Virus record (IMG/VR): IMGVR_UViG_3300017956_005956
Span: 1-56,127 of that record
Strand: one strand, 5' to 3'
Source: a virus
Taxonomy: Duplodnaviria; Caudoviricetes
Length of the DNA: 56,127 nt
The notes below the pieces were generated by a model. That model made no database searches. It worked only from the letters and a program-made list of their open reading frames with translations, and was not told the DNA's origin. Numbering within the stretch: the first letter of the stretch is position 1; every line of letters begins with the position of its first letter. This document shows positions 26,682 through 41,400 of this stretch, piece by piece. The position numbers and the translations under genes were made by a program.

Positions 26682-28823
26682 TTATCCTGCATATATAATA
26701 TAATTTAACACTAAAAATGGATTCATTACATCAAAAGGCTGACTAAAAGATGTAATAGAACCTGCATCAATTCCTCCGGTTTTCTTTAGTCCATAACCCG
26801 TTTGCTCCCCAAATTGTTCATAATGCGGAAATTCATCTACGGCGTTATCCTGCAAAGAAAATTGTTGCTCATTTGTAGCATAAAATTGATGATCTTGATA
26901 CTTTAAAGTATGGCTATGATCTGGCAAATTGTCAACGTCTAATGTTTTGGTTTCTGTTCCGCTATTCTTGCCTAATTCATTTGCAATAGGATCCGAAACC
27001 CTGGTATCGGCAGGAATTTCACCTCCCATGTTGTGCATACCTAAAGGAAATCTGCCTCGCATATCAGGAAGTGCAAATCTACCTTGTTGCACAAAATCTT
27101 TTGCCAAATACAAATAACCTATCACATTATATAAATTTAAATAATCTGCAATTAAAATTTGCATTCCGTTACATAATAACCATCCAGAAGGTGCCTGGTC
27201 TCCTGCAAAAGGAACAATTGTTCCAATTGGCATTTTTGGAACTTTATTAATTATACTTTCAATTGAAACTCTATGCAATCCTATATCTTCACGATTTCTA
27301 CTTAACAAAAGATCATCATCGTCAAATACCTCTACAAGTCCAGATCCTGGAGATAATAAATCATGATTATGATCTGCACAAGAATTAGAAATAAAACTTT
27401 GAGCTATTTTAACAGGAAAAATTACAGCCTCTCCTGTTCCTGTAAAAGGAATCGTTATTTCATTATTATTATTTTCTGCATCAATTGTAATATCCCCGAT
27501 AAAAGAGAAAGCAGATGATTTTGCTAACTTACTTGCCGAACCTGCCCTTCCGCTAATTGATCCTGTAACATTACCTTCTAAATCACCATAAAATCTTTTT
27601 GCATATATTCCATTATATCTTAGAGAATCACTTCCAATAAAAGATTCTTGAGTTCCTATTAGCTCATCAGCATCTTTAGTTGGTATAAGTTTATTTGCTT
27701 CAATATAACTTGTTTCAGTGTTAGGTAGATATAAATTTGATCCAATTGTTATGCTTTTTGCAACACCTATACCTCCTAAAGTTGTAATAGAACCATGATT
27801 AGTAAATTTATCAGACTCTTTTGTACTATCTACTAATATACCGCCTTTGTTAGCATCTGATAAAGGCACAGAAACTTTAATATCTCCTACAACTTCTAAT
27901 TCATGGTCAGGATTTACTGAATTAATACCAACTTTTTTTTGTGAATTAACAGTTAATACTGTACTAAATAATCCTCCAAATCGTGTCTGCAACTCTATCT
28001 GTGATCCTGAAACATTATTTTTTATCACAGATGATGTACCTTGAATGCCTATCGAAAGCTCATTATTTATTCCATAATTTATACCACTATTAGATAAAAC
28101 ATTCATGGGATAATTTATAGAATTAACTATATCTGTCCTTAAAAGTTTTCCAGCTGGTATAACTTCATTATTAATTATAACGTTTTCTGCTTTTTCTGCT
28201 ATACCTCTATATTTTACTGCATCTTCTCCAAATAAAGATTTATTTGTTAAGTTAATTCCAGGTCCTAAAGTAGTAAATCCATCTATTTTTGACTTAGGCG
28301 TAAAAGATTTATTTGTTACAATAGCAACCGGACTAGAATTAACATCAATTTGTAAAACGTTGTATGAAAGGTTATCTGTACCAAGAACAATTCTTGGAGT
28401 TGCTCCTGTGATTAAACCTTCACTAAACTCAGGTCCAATTAACACCCATCCACTAGCATCGGTATACATATACAACTGTAAATTTTCTTTATCAATCCAC
28501 AAATCACCTTCTTGAGCAAAATCAGGTTTGTTTATAGATTTATTAACTCCATTTGCAGGAGACCAGTTTACGCCTGTGTATACAAATAATTGTTCTACAT
28601 CTTCGGTAGAATTATACCATAATTGACCTTCAACAGGTACAGATGGAGGCGTTGTCGAAGCAAAATTTTCTAATAAATGTAAAAAATTTTCGGCAATCAA
28701 GGATCCGTATGCAGTTGTATTTTTTCCTGGTAATTTTAAAGACGTCTCGTTATTAATTGTATTATCTTCTACTACAATTTGAAGTTTATTTACATAATCT
28801 GTAAATTTTATTTCATATGGCAT
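26682..28823 (-). CDS. Tail fibre protein with phage tail collar domain
   Basis: C-terminal MPIGTIVPFAG...PSGWLLCNG...FALPDMRGRFPLG...LPDHSH...NPFLVLNYII is the tail-collar/short-fibre signature. Same N-terminal domain as its neighbours. Confidence 0.85.
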   Translation of the reverse strand: MPYEIKFTDYVNKLQIVVEDNTINNETSLKLPGKNTTAYGSLIAENFLHLLENFASTTPPSVPVEGQLWYNSTEDVEQLFVYTGVNWSPANGVNKSINKPDFAQEGDLWIDKENLQLYMYTDASGWVLIGPEFSEGLITGATPRIVLGTDNLSYNVLQIDVNSSPVAIVTNKSFTPKSKIDGFTTLGPGINLTNKSLFGEDAVKYRGIAEKAENVIINNEVIPAGKLLRTDIVNSINYPMNVLSNSGINYGINNELSIGIQGTSSVIKNNVSGSQIELQTRFGGLFSTVLTVNSQKKVGINSVNPDHELEVVGDIKVSVPLSDANKGGILVDSTKESDKFTNHGSITTLGGIGVAKSITIGSNLYLPNTETSYIEANKLIPTKDADELIGTQESFIGSDSLRYNGIYAKRFYGDLEGNVTGSISGRAGSASKLAKSSAFSFIGDITIDAENNNNEITIPFTGTGEAVIFPVKIAQSFISNSCADHNHDLLSPGSGLVEVFDDDDLLLSRNREDIGLHRVSIESIINKVPKMPIGTIVPFAGDQAPSGWLLCNGMQILIADYLNLYNVIGYLYLAKDFVQQGRFALPDMRGRFPLGMHNMGGEIPADTRVSDPIANELGKNSGTETKTLDVDNLPDHSHTLKYQDHQFYATNEQQFSLQDNAVDEFPHYEQFGEQTGYGLKKTGGIDAGSITSFSQPFDVMNPFLVLNYIIYAG

Positions 28824-28824
28824 A

Positions 28825-29439
28825 CTACTCTCCTAACAACCCGGATAAGCTTTGTATTCTAACAGTATAATCAATTTGAATTAACCTATTTAGACTTTTT
28901 TGTACAGGATGAAAAATTACATGAGTTATTAACATAGAATTTCCATCAGGATCATAACTTTGTAGTCCTAATTCATCAAATACGTATAAACTATCAATAT
29001 CAGCAGCAGTATCAAACGCATCTTGTCCTTCTGGCTCTCCATAATCTAATAGACAAGAAACTAATACATCTGTATAATTAGTTCCGCTAACATGTCTTAT
29101 TTCTGTTTTATTTCTAAAAGGATCTTTATTGTTAACACTACTTTCATCAACAATTTTGCTATATGTTTGATTATATAGACTTGCATTTACACCTGTGCTA
29201 TTTGGGCTTAAATATGTAATAATTCCAGTAGGGTCGACACTGGTGCCACCGTTACCAAACGCCATATTATATATAAATCCTGTTCCAGAATTTGATAAGC
29301 TTTGAGCTAATGCAATACTCATATTTTCATAGTGTATTGCATTTCTTTTATCTACATAAACTTTTTTACTATCAGGATCAAAAATTTTAATGTATCCTTC
29401 AACTAAAATTCCGTATTTTTCTTTTAACATTTCGTTCAT
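28825..29439 (-). CDS. Putative baseplate/tail structural protein
   Basis: 204-aa ORF within the structural block (MAFGNGG...FDELGL...IQIDYTVRI); RBS and late-box-like motif upstream. Confidence 0.6.
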   Translation of the reverse strand: MNEMLKEKYGILVEGYIKIFDPDSKKVYVDKRNAIHYENMSIALAQSLSNSGTGFIYNMAFGNGGTSVDPTGIITYLSPNSTGVNASLYNQTYSKIVDESSVNNKDPFRNKTEIRHVSGTNYTDVLVSCLLDYGEPEGQDAFDTAADIDSLYVFDELGLQSYDPDGNSMLITHVIFHPVQKSLNRLIQIDYTVRIQSLSGLLGE

Positions 29440-29455
29440 ATTAAATCCTATGTAT

Positions 29456-29463
29456 GTATTTAT
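29456..29463 (-). promoter_or_regulatory. Putative late promoter box (ATAAATAC)
   Basis: GATAAATACATACATAGGATTTAAT-ATG upstream of 29439, overlapping the stop of the giant ORF. Confidence 0.5.
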
Positions 29464-32400
29464 CTAGGCAAATCAGCTTCCACTGATCTAATAATTCTTG
29501 ACAGAGGAGTATCAGTATCAACTAATCTGTCTCCAGGTTTTGTCCACTCTAACCCTATTTTGCGTATAATCAAAATTTTAACACCTTCTTTTGGTGCTTC
29601 ATGAAATACCAATGTATTATCAACAACAGTAAATTCGGGAGGTAATGTAATATCTCCTTCAGGCGAATCTTGACTAATATATTCGTTTTCGTTACTATAT
29701 ATTTCTCTATTAATGGTATCTAATTCATAAGATTGGAGCTTTGTTTTTCTCATCCTTGTACCACCTACAAAGACTTCAAACTCATTTTCGTTATTAGCTA
29801 CAAATTCTAATGCAAATTCTTTATTAATTCCATCTCCAACAGTATTTACAACAATAATTTCATCCTTATAGGGCAATATAGTATCTACAGATTGATTATA
29901 TATTTCTGTTCCGGCTACATAAACCTGTTTAACACCTGTACCTAGCGTACCTCTTCGTATATGCTGTAATACATTACCATATCTTTGTTTATACTCTATC
30001 CTTTCCCCTTGTATAAAAATTACACCAGGAAATTTTGAATTATGATCAGGATTTGGCAATTCATCTGAATTTTCAACAACTATTATTTTATCATACCAAT
30101 TTAAATTTTCTTTTAATGTAATATTTTTTTGCCCATCTAATGTATAATAATGGGTTCTATTAAGGATGTCAGTAAACTGCCTCCAACCAAATTTTTTCTG
30201 TTGTATAGAGTTACTAAAATGAATTGTCTGAATATTATCATTCTCAACCAAATAATCTACTAATTTAATATGTTGCATATCTGCAAGTAAATAGTAGTCT
30301 ACACTTGGGGTAAGTAAAAGACCATTTTTTGCCACCCATACATATTGGTCTCCTATAGCAGGATAATTTAAAGCAATTACACCATTTTTTAATTGTCTAA
30401 ACTCATTATAATTTTTAGAATCTGAATCTATAGTATATTGAGCATTTAATTCTTCTACTTTTATTACGTCACCGCTTATAACCGACAATCCTATTTCTTG
30501 AAAATTTAAAAAATAAGTTCCATTCCCAAATGGTGTTTGGATTTCAGCTGATAAATTTGTTTGAGTATTTGTGCCGTAATATAAATCATCTACTCTAAAT
30601 CCATTTTTGAAAATTGCATACTGTTTATTACTTTCTAGAACAAAAGGTACATACATTTCACTTAGACTTGTAACAATATTAATGCCGCTACCAATGATTT
30701 TTCCTGGGCTTAATAATGTTCTCTGATCAATGTCAAAACTTTGCCAATCTATTCTTTGACTATCATGATTACTAAATTGATAAACTTTTATTACATCTCC
30801 AATATTCATTTCTTTATAAATGTGTAAATTTCCTGGTGTTGGAACATATGTTTCATTATCATAATATCCGTATTTGTAATCTCCGCCTGACTCTATTAGC
30901 TCTGTATCATTAGCATAAACATATACTTTTAATGTATCACCTACTGTGCCAACACCTTGTCTTAATATTATCAAACTTCCTTCTTGCTTATCTTCAGCTA
31001 AACCTGGATTATACTGTCCTGCTGAATTAAATATCCAATGCATATTATATTCTAACTCATTATCATTTAAAAAAACTCTTATTTGTTCAAAATTTAAAGA
31101 TCTAATAGGAACTTGATACAACCTTAATTCATATTCTCTTACATCACTTACTTCAAAAATTTCAGTATAACCAGGATTTAATAATTTATTATTAACAAAT
31201 ACTAATGTAAACCATTCAGCTGGCTCTTGTTTGTAAGGAGTAATAGACAACGGAAAACTTGTAGTACTTCCGTCAAAAACAAATTCATCTATAGTAATTT
31301 CACTAAAATTAGCAATATTTGCCTGTTCTTTATTTGTGTAGATTACATATCTTATGACGTCTCCTGGATCTAAGATTTTAGCAAAAGAAATAACTATATT
31401 ATTTTCGCTATTTTGTTTTAAGACATAATTTTCTTCTTTTGCATTTACTGAGATTTGACTTTGTAAATTTTTCTCATATCTTGCATTTACTACAAAGTCA
31501 TTTGTATTACCATTTGCTACAATAGTATCTACATCCAAAACGTTATATCCACTATAATCAAAAATTATTATGTTAATTCTTGCATTTACTTCTATTGAGT
31601 TTAAAAATGTTAAGGTTTTATTGCTGTTAACTTCATAATTTGTTACAATATTATTGTTTACTTTTACAATAATATTTTTTTCTTTCAAAGGATAAGTACC
31701 TAAGTCATACGTCACAGTACTTCCATCTGATATATAATTTTTACTTATAATATTCGACGAACCTGTAATTGGTCTTTCATATACTGTGATATCAAGCGTA
31801 TCTTGCACAAGACCTGGAACATTTTCTTCGGTGCTTTTAGATGTAGTAGGAGAAACAAAATTATCTCCATCAATATTAATTTCATCTGCATTGATGCCTA
31901 TAGCATTCGAATAATTAATGTTCCCTCCATTTATTAATGTATCATAATCTAAATCAGAAGGAATAAAACTGCCATCACTTGTTGGCTTACGTAAAATAAT
32001 TATATCTCCAGTTTCAAACTCTTTAATATAAGTTTTTATAATTATTTCTGTGGTAATTCCATTTCCTATTATTGTTTGCATCACAGCATTAGGATTACTT
32101 ACTGCTGTAGAATCATCAGCGTAATTTGGATCATCTAATCTTACATTGTTTAAATAAAAATTATATTGTTGCCCATTTACAAGTGGTTGCTGCATTATTA
32201 TTTTTACATCATTAATAACTGGATTGGTTTCAGCTATTAATGCTGTTATATTGCTTAAAGACAACTGCTGAAATAATGTAATAATTTGTGTATCTATATT
32301 ATTTGCTGCAATTTCATTTAAATCAATACTATTAATTCCGTATTTTTGCATTTGTTCAACACTTCTTACAGTAATCTTAGGAATTAATTGATATTGTATG

Positions 32401-35400
32401 TTGTCTTCTGCATCTAACAGTAAATTACCGTTTTCGTCAACTAATGCTTCGTTAACAAGTTCATCTAATACATTTAAAATAGAATTTCCATTTAAAGGAT
32501 CAGGATATGAATTTCCTAATTGATCTACGTTAAAAATAGAATAAAACAATGTATGATTATCTATTTCAACACTATCTCCTATTATTAGCGCATTTACAGC
32601 TTTGGCAAAATTTATCCAATTTATTTGAATTTTATAGTCTAACACATCTGGTTGAATTAAGTTCCTTCCAACTGTGCTAATTATATCTTCAAATGATTCA
32701 TCGTATGTGTCATAATTACTAACAAAATATCCATCATTGTCCCAACCCGACTTTACGTCAAATCCAAAAGATTTTATTTCTACACCACCATAATCAACTC
32801 CTTCCATCAATTGAGAAATATCATTTCCAAATTGACCTAAATTGTTTTTATAATAATATTTTATTCTATCAACTGCTGGTAATAAATTTATATCTTTTTT
32901 AAATTGAATTTTTACAACAGAATAATTTGCAGGAGGATTAATCAAAATTACCCTACCAAAATATCTATGATAGGTTTTTGTCGTATCTAATACATTTGTA
33001 AAAGTATATTCTCCTCGTAGTAATTTTTCATTATCAACAAATACTTGAGTATCTTTTGGTAGTAAAGATATAGGCCAGGGTAAATCAAAAATATATTTTG
33101 ATCCAGATACAATTTCTTGAAATTCTTCATCAATTTTTATATTTCCATTAATATCTTTGAATGTAAGAATAGGTGAAATTCTATCAAATTTAATTTTTGT
33201 ATAAGTAGATCTTACTAATGGCTGCCCTATAATTACACTACATAACGCCGCCTTATAATCTTCTCTTGTTTCTCCGGTTATAATTAGATTAGGAGCTGAT
33301 AAATATCCAGATCCATTATCTGTAACTTCAATTGAAACAATTTTTCCATTTTCCCCTAGCTGAGCTATTGCTTTAGCACCTCTTCCTCCTCCACCTTCAA
33401 ATGATAAAGTTGGAGAATTTATATAGCCATAACCATTGTAAGAAATTTTAACTTCTAAAACAGTATATCCTACATTATCTAACCAATTTTTATTTGGATA
33501 TTGTTCTAATTCATTTGACAATCCATATAATTGCTCATTATATGCTTTTACAGAGTACGGCAAAATTTTATTACTATCAAAATTAAAAGTTGGCGGTAAA
33601 TCAAAATCAGTAATTAATTGAGGATTGTTATCTAACTTATCATATGCACTTATATACTCTCGTATATTAGCTTTATAAGGTTTAACTTCTTTTACATATT
33701 CTTCATAACTAGGTAGATTATCATTGTTAAAAGTAACATCTTGTCTTAGTTCGCCTACATTATGTTTTATTCGGATAAAACTTGATTTAAATATCCAATC
33801 TACATTTTTTTGTTCTGATAAAATATATCTTATTTGAGCAAAAAATAAATTATTATATTCTATTGCTAAATCGTCTATCAAAATATCATCTTTAATTGCA
33901 TTTGCTATTACACGAATTTCATCTGTAGGTAAAATATCATAAAAATTTATATCAAAACTTTGTAAATCAAAATTTTTGTTTTCATACAGTAAATTAGAAA
34001 AAGAGATTGTTCCATTCTCTCTACCTACGGTTTCATAGTTTATAGAATAATCTACATTTTTTTGGTTATCAACTTTGTATAAAAGTAACCATCCTCCTGC
34101 ACCTATACTTTTTATTTTGACAATGTCACCTATATTTGCATTTAAACCTGCTAATTGATATGAGAAATCTATCAAATGCGTAACAGTTGTCCTTGAACTA
34201 TAACCTTCTGCATACCAATCAATAAAATTCCAATACAACGTTGTGTTAAATCCTTGACTTTTTATTCTCGTCCAAGAATTTGCTTGGTAATTCCTTTCAT
34301 ACAATGACCATTTATTATTAAGGTTTTCATCATATTCAACTAATGCTGTAAATTTACGTATTTCAATTTTTGCAGATTGAGTATAATTTTTTCCAGATCT
34401 TATTATATTTGCAGAAATTATTGATCCAATAGAATTTAGCTCAAATTTAATTTCTGCATCTACACCTTTATCTATTATGTTATATGTTGGTACTACTTGA
34501 TAACCTCTACCAGGATTCGTTATAGTTATATTAACAATTTCTCCGTCTATTACTTCTAATACAGCCGCTGCCTGTTCCGCTTTTGCTATTCCATAATACG
34601 CTAATTCAGCATAGGTTTGTAATTTAATATCGTATTCATTTGTAACTTCTGTTGGATACTCATCTACTGTATACAAACTTTGTAAATTTTTTGAATCTAC
34701 AATTAGATTTTTTTCTAATACCCTATTAACCCTTTGAATATATTCTTTTAAGGCTTGTTGCCGATTTACAAACCATCCTTGCCTAGGTTCATTAAGCATG
34801 CCATATCTATATTTTTCCGGCAAGGTTATATCAGGCACCGGTCTAGTAGCTAAATCAAACCCAACTAAACTATCAATCCACTTTTGTTCAAGAAAATTAG
34901 GAATTTTACTTGTTTCTAACCCAACACTAACTAACTTATATTGACTATGTAAATTAGCTGTGATATTTTTATCATTATAAATTTGAAAGCTAATAGCAAC
35001 ATCGTTATCATTAAGATATTGTAAACAATTGTAAATAGCAAATTGATCTGATCCTATTAAAGCTATAAATTCATATCCTTCTTTTATCGGATCTTTTATT
35101 AAATTTTGTAATTTATGAACACTGATTGTCCTACTGTCCTTATTTGGAATTTCTTTTTTATCTTTTACCCAGAAATAATAACGCTTTTCTAATGTATTTG
35201 TAATTTTATTTAAAATTATTTCTTCTACATAAGCATTATTTCCGTACTTAGTTTTTCCAGAAATACCTAATGCAAACCCTGCTGCTGTTTCGCTTATTTC
35301 GTCCCATTGTTCTGGCAAAATAGAACTTTGCACCCACTCATACAAATCTATGGTATTATCTATAAACACCTTATGCCAACGATTAACCGAAAAAGATATA

Positions 35401-38400
35401 TCATTTAAATGCGGATAGTAAAATTTTGCATTATTTAGATCCCATAAAACCATTCCTACATACTCAGTAGTCCATGGAAGATCTGTGTTACGTATAACAT
35501 CTAAATCAGTATCATTTACTATATTATAATTTGCAGGATCAAAATATAATTTAAAATCAATGTTTTGTTCTGCAGGTCCTGGTATTTTTCCTTGTAAAAT
35601 ATCAATATAATCTAAAGTTTTAATTAAAACATTTGTTTTTCTATTATATAATGTAATTTTTTTAATTTTTGTTGTATCAATTGGTAATTTTTTACTGCGT
35701 ATAACGTTATAAAATTTACCAGTTGTATGATATGTTCGAATATAACCTAAAGAATTATTATCATTCTTATAATTCATATCAGCAACATATAATATCCTAT
35801 TATTAAATAGAATATTACTGCCATATCTAAAATTGTTAGCATACGGATTGTCATAATGTATAAAATCTGCATAAACAAAAAATCCATTTATTTTTTCAAA
35901 AACAAATATTACCCCTTTATCGTCTTTTGAATACTGAAACGTAGTAAGCTTTGAATCAAAAATTGTTGTACCATTATCAAATGTCGTGTCTGCATAAAAA
36001 TTTGCATTTGCAGAACCTATTACAAGAATTCCATTGTTTTCTTGTATTGATATTCCAAAACTTTCTTCTATTTCGTCATACGGGCTTCCTATTATTTGTT
36101 GCAGTACAAACAAATAATCTACTACTTTATAATAATAAACTTTACCTTGATTAACTTTCGCAATTGATGTAAGAGGTGCACCTATGAATAATTCGTCTCC
36201 ATTTGCAGATAAATCAAAGCTAGTCCCAAAATCTGTATTTTCATTTTCTGCTTCAATAGTTTGCATCCATCTGTAATAACCATTATCATTTCTGTAAATT
36301 CCTAATTTATTTTTTTCATTTTCGTATTGTAAAAATACAACTAATACATCTCCGTTTGCACTTACATCAAAATTAATTCCAAAATTCGTTAAATTGCTAA
36401 TATTTAAAGTGCTTACATCTGCTGAATCTAACTGAATACTTCCTATTGTATTAGGAACAAAACCTACATAATCAATTAAATTATCTGCCAATTTCCAATA
36501 GGAAGTGTTTATTCCATTCTGTAGATTAATAACTGAAGATTTTCCATTTGTAATGGCTTCAAATAAAGTTCCATCAAAAACACCCAAATTTGAATCAAAC
36601 AAATCTTCAGTTACATTTCTAGGCACAAAAACAATATCACCTGTAAAATAGGTGTAATCGGGATTGAATACTCCTTTAAACTTTTTATTAGCAGCATATT
36701 CCCAATTGTAAATTTGATCATTATAAATTCCATTATTTACAAAATAAATCCTTTTAGGGTTTTCTGCTAAAATATAACTTCTCGAAGCATTTTCATTTCC
36801 TAGCAATTTAATATTTGCTCCAAATTTATAATTATTTTGCCTATCTGGTCCTAATAATCGTTGAACTAATGTATATCCGTTTCCGACTTTCTCAAATATA
36901 TAAACTACTCCTTCGTTATCAAAGTCAGATTTTGTTCCGTTAATATCAACTTGTAGATTATAAATTCTTTGCCAATAGATAGATCCGTTTTCTGGAGTTA
37001 TTGCCGGTGTAGGTAATCCAAGTATATCACTCTGTGTAAATAACCAATACTCTACATTTGTTAAAGTATTAATTTGTGTACCTAACACAGGATCAATTTG
37101 TATAGGAATAGGATATTGATTAAATACCACTCCAAATTTTAAACCTGTATCAGTAGCAGATTTAAAATCGTGTATTACTCCAAATGGTCTATCAAAATTA
37201 TAGATATTCAATCTACCTAATATATCTACTCCAGTTGGATGAGCATCCATTTGTAATTGTACTGTATCTTGTTCAGCCGATGCAGCAATCCAACTTCCTT
37301 GAATATTGTTAAGCCAAATAATTACTCTACTATTAGCTATTCTTTGTATGAACATAACTTCTGCAGTATTATTTGTAGGTAAACCATTTTGATTTAATTC
37401 TCTAATAGTTTGTCCAACTCTTTCAGTTCCGTCTAGATCTATCGCTGTTAGTAAACTTCCATTTTCATAAAATTTTGCGTAAGGAACAAAAGGAAGACCA
37501 TTTGCATCCACTCTATTCTCATCATAAACAATAAATCCATCCCAAACATCAAAAAAGTTAATATTGTTAATTGTATTATTATTTTCGTCATATGGATCGA
37601 TCAAACCAATTTCTTCAATATGAATTAATTCTTCCTTTATTGGCAGACTAATAGGTCTAACAAACAGTTCTCCTGTTATTGAACCTACTAATTCATCTAT
37701 AGAATTAAACGATAATCCTGTAGGCCCTTCTTTTACAAATTGAATTTCTATCTCATATACAGGATTTACTGAATTTATTGTTTCTGCACTAATACTTACG
37801 TTACTTGAAAATACTGTTGCTGTTGCTCCTGTAATCTTTTGTTTTAAAATTTCACCTGCTTGTACAACAGGCAATACATTGACAAATCTTGTACTCCTTA
37901 CTTTAAAAATTTTAACTGTTTTTTCAAAATCATTGACAAATAAATTAAATGAATTATTTGTATCAATATCTTTAGGAACATTTATTACATAATATTGTAA
38001 TAATCTGTTTGTAGGAACATAATCTCCATTTGTTTGCAAATTAAAATCAACATAACTTAAACTTTTTACAATAGCTGAATTATATTCTGCCAAATTATAA
38101 TAAACATTTGCCGGAACAGGATTTTGCGTAGTTACAACATCCTGTATAAGTAACCCACGTCCGCTATCATTTCTTTTAGAAGTTATTGTATAATTAGGTG
38201 TAGGTATACTTACAAATCCGCTATACTCAGTTGTTAACTCAGTATAATCATTTTTAGATAATGTTACAGTATAATCTCCTATTACTATAATACCAATTTT
38301 TAGTGTTCCAAATTCACCAAAATTTCCTACAACATCTTTACAATATAATAAAATATCATTTGTACCTTCAAGTTGTATAACATTGACTATATTACCAATT

Positions 38401-41400
38401 GCAAATTCAGAATTTACATCATCTCCAGCAGAAGGAATAACTCTTGCTCCTACAACTTTTAAAATATCTGTAAATTTATATTGAACAATATGTAAATTGC
38501 TTATAAAATTTGCATTAATAAGATCATATTCTCCATCAAACGGATTTCGCGAAACTAAATTAAGCTGAGTTTGATTTACGTTTGATATATCATTCCATTT
38601 AAATTTAATTTGATCATTTATTTGTATTCCAGAAAAGATTTTTTGCGGTAATCTTATAATTAGATGGTCTGTTTGTATCTCTCTTTCATTATAGGATCCA
38701 GTAAACAACATTGGATATTCAAAGGAATCTTCAGTATCTAATCCATTGTCTTTAATGAATTGTCCATAATTATAAAAACTTTTGAATTCTGTTGCTGCAG
38801 AAGAACCTCTAATATCTACATTTGCCTTAAAATACATTTTAAAGTTATTGTCATCTGTATATACAATATCATTTGCAGAATAATTTTCGTTAGAATTCCA
38901 TAATCCTTTAATTTTTGTCTGCAATCTAGATGCAGACGGAGCACCTACCATTATAAAATTTCCAGAATCGTTTATTGCTACTGATTTTCCAAATTCGTAT
39001 GGTATTGCATGCGTGTTATAATTAACCAAAATAATATCATCTTGTAAAATTTGGAAAGAAAATATTATTTTATTTTCACTTTCATTTTTTGTATATAATG
39101 AAGGATCTACAACCGCGCCATTTTTAAAAATTCTACGAATATTGTTTACACTATCCTTTGTCAACAAGTATACAAACCCTTCTTGATTATCACTATTATC
39201 ATACAATAAATCTTCAGGTTCTGGCTGATCAGGTTCTAATATTTGTAAAAGCTTGTATTCTGTTGAAATTGTTGGTCGTGTATAAACATAAACTTTACCG
39301 TCATTATCAAATGGATCGCCAACTATCATTACATTATTTCTGGCATTTGTTTTTACAATATATCCAAATGACATTGATGTTCCATTTGGATTATTAATTT
39401 GACTATAATAAGTAAAACTATTTTCTAATTGAAAAACTTTCCAAGAATTTGTATTATCGTTGTCTACCCAAACTTTGTTTCCTATCTGTAATGTAGAATT
39501 AACTAGATTTGACATACTTTCTAGATCTGGAACACGAACTGAGACAAACCTTGTAATTATTCCGGTTGTATCTCCTTCTAATTGAGTTGAGCTTATTAAA
39601 TTTATAACAGAAGCATTATCAACGCTTATACCTAAAGATAAAATATCTAATTCTACTTTTACAATTTCAAATATTCCATTTAAGTCACTATCAGTTTCAA
39701 CAGAGACAACTGTAGAGTCAATTCCTACTTTAGCAAGTTTACTTACATTTTGTATACCAACAATATCACCAACTTTAAAATCTTTTTCAATTGTGACATC
39801 AAAGTATAAATCAATTTGTCTATTATCTACCACTGCTAATTGTATAAATTTATAATCATATTTTTTATATGTTAAAACTGTCCAATCTGCATTATAAGTT
39901 CCTACCCAAATTAACTCATTTTCTTTAAAATTATCTATAGGAAAATCTAGTAATTGAGAATAGTTTGAAACAATTTTATCTACATCAGTTTCACTTACAT
40001 ATCCAGCGTGCCTCAATTCAAACTTGTCTGTATAAGTAGTTGGAAAAGGTTTATGCTGATATCCATTACCTTTTACTAAAACTTCGTTTTCTTGTATTCT
40101 ATAAATTAAATCTGTTTCTTTTCCGGTAACATTATTAGTTAGAAGTATAGGCTGTGGTGATAGTTTAAAATTTTCTTCATTAAGTATAAAATCAAATTCA
40201 TCAAAGTTTTTTACCGCACCATAATTTCCTTGTTTGACTGCGTATTCTTCATAAAATTCTAAACTATCTTTTTCTGCGCTTGCTAGCACATCAAATAATT
40301 TTGTAAGAGAATTTTTTGTACCTTTTTCTTGAATATATCCTTGATAAAACTTATATTGACTAACATCATTGTTGACAATATTTTCTAAATACTTTCTTTT
40401 TTGATATCCTATTAAATGTTGTGCAAGTTTTTGTTGATTTAAATCTAAATTATCACTATCCAAATCATAAAAATCTTTAAATTGCTCAATTTTATAATCA
40501 AAATTGCTAAACAAATTAGATGATATTTTATCATCTAATAATTTCCAATTTGTATAATTAAACTCAACAGCAGGATCAATAGTCACGATAGCAACATAAT
40601 TAAATTCTTTATATTGAACAATATCTCCTACATTATACTTTTTCCACTGCTCCCATTTTACAATTTTAACATCGTCGTAAAAAAATCCCGGTATATCAAG
40701 TCCACCTTTCCAATTATTAGTACGGTAACCTAACACTCTTATTCTTTCTTGCCTATAACCTGGAGCTAAATCAAATATTACATCATTAAATTCAGTTACA
40801 TTATCAATTAAAACAACATGTTCTTTGTATACAATAGGTATTTTTATAAAATAAATTCCATCATTATTATTAGTTTGAGCATAAAAATTATTATCATTAT
40901 CTCTTATAAAATTAATATTTCTTGGTTTTATTACTGTACCATCTGCTTTAAAAATAGAATATTTAAAAGAAGTATCAATTACATTACCAACTGTTCCATA
41001 CTCAGGTGCAAAATTTACTTTATCAGCACCTGGGCTTAACGTAATTAATGATCCAGCATCCCACTTTTGTGTAGTCCAAAATAAAAATTGCTTTATCGAT
41101 AAATTCCAATCAGCTACTTCAAATTGACTTTCTACAAATCTATCAAATGTAAATCCTACAAATTCTAACCATTTTCCATAGCCTAATAAAAAATCTACAA
41201 CATCTTGTACGGTTGGTAAAGAAGTGCCATAAGATATTTCACTTATAGAGTTATAAAATTGTTTTCTTACTTTTGCATTAACTCCGCCTATAATAGGTAA
41301 TCTAGGTAGAGAAGCAAATTTTGATATATCAAAATTCTCGCCACTTACATGAGTTTGTTTACATCTATAAAAAGTATTACTTCCAACTTTGACAATCGAA

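Noticed and set aside
22099-28823. Diversity-generating retroelement or invertase-based fibre switching
   Set aside because: No reverse transcriptase, recombinase, template/variable repeat pair or inverted repeats seen in the window.
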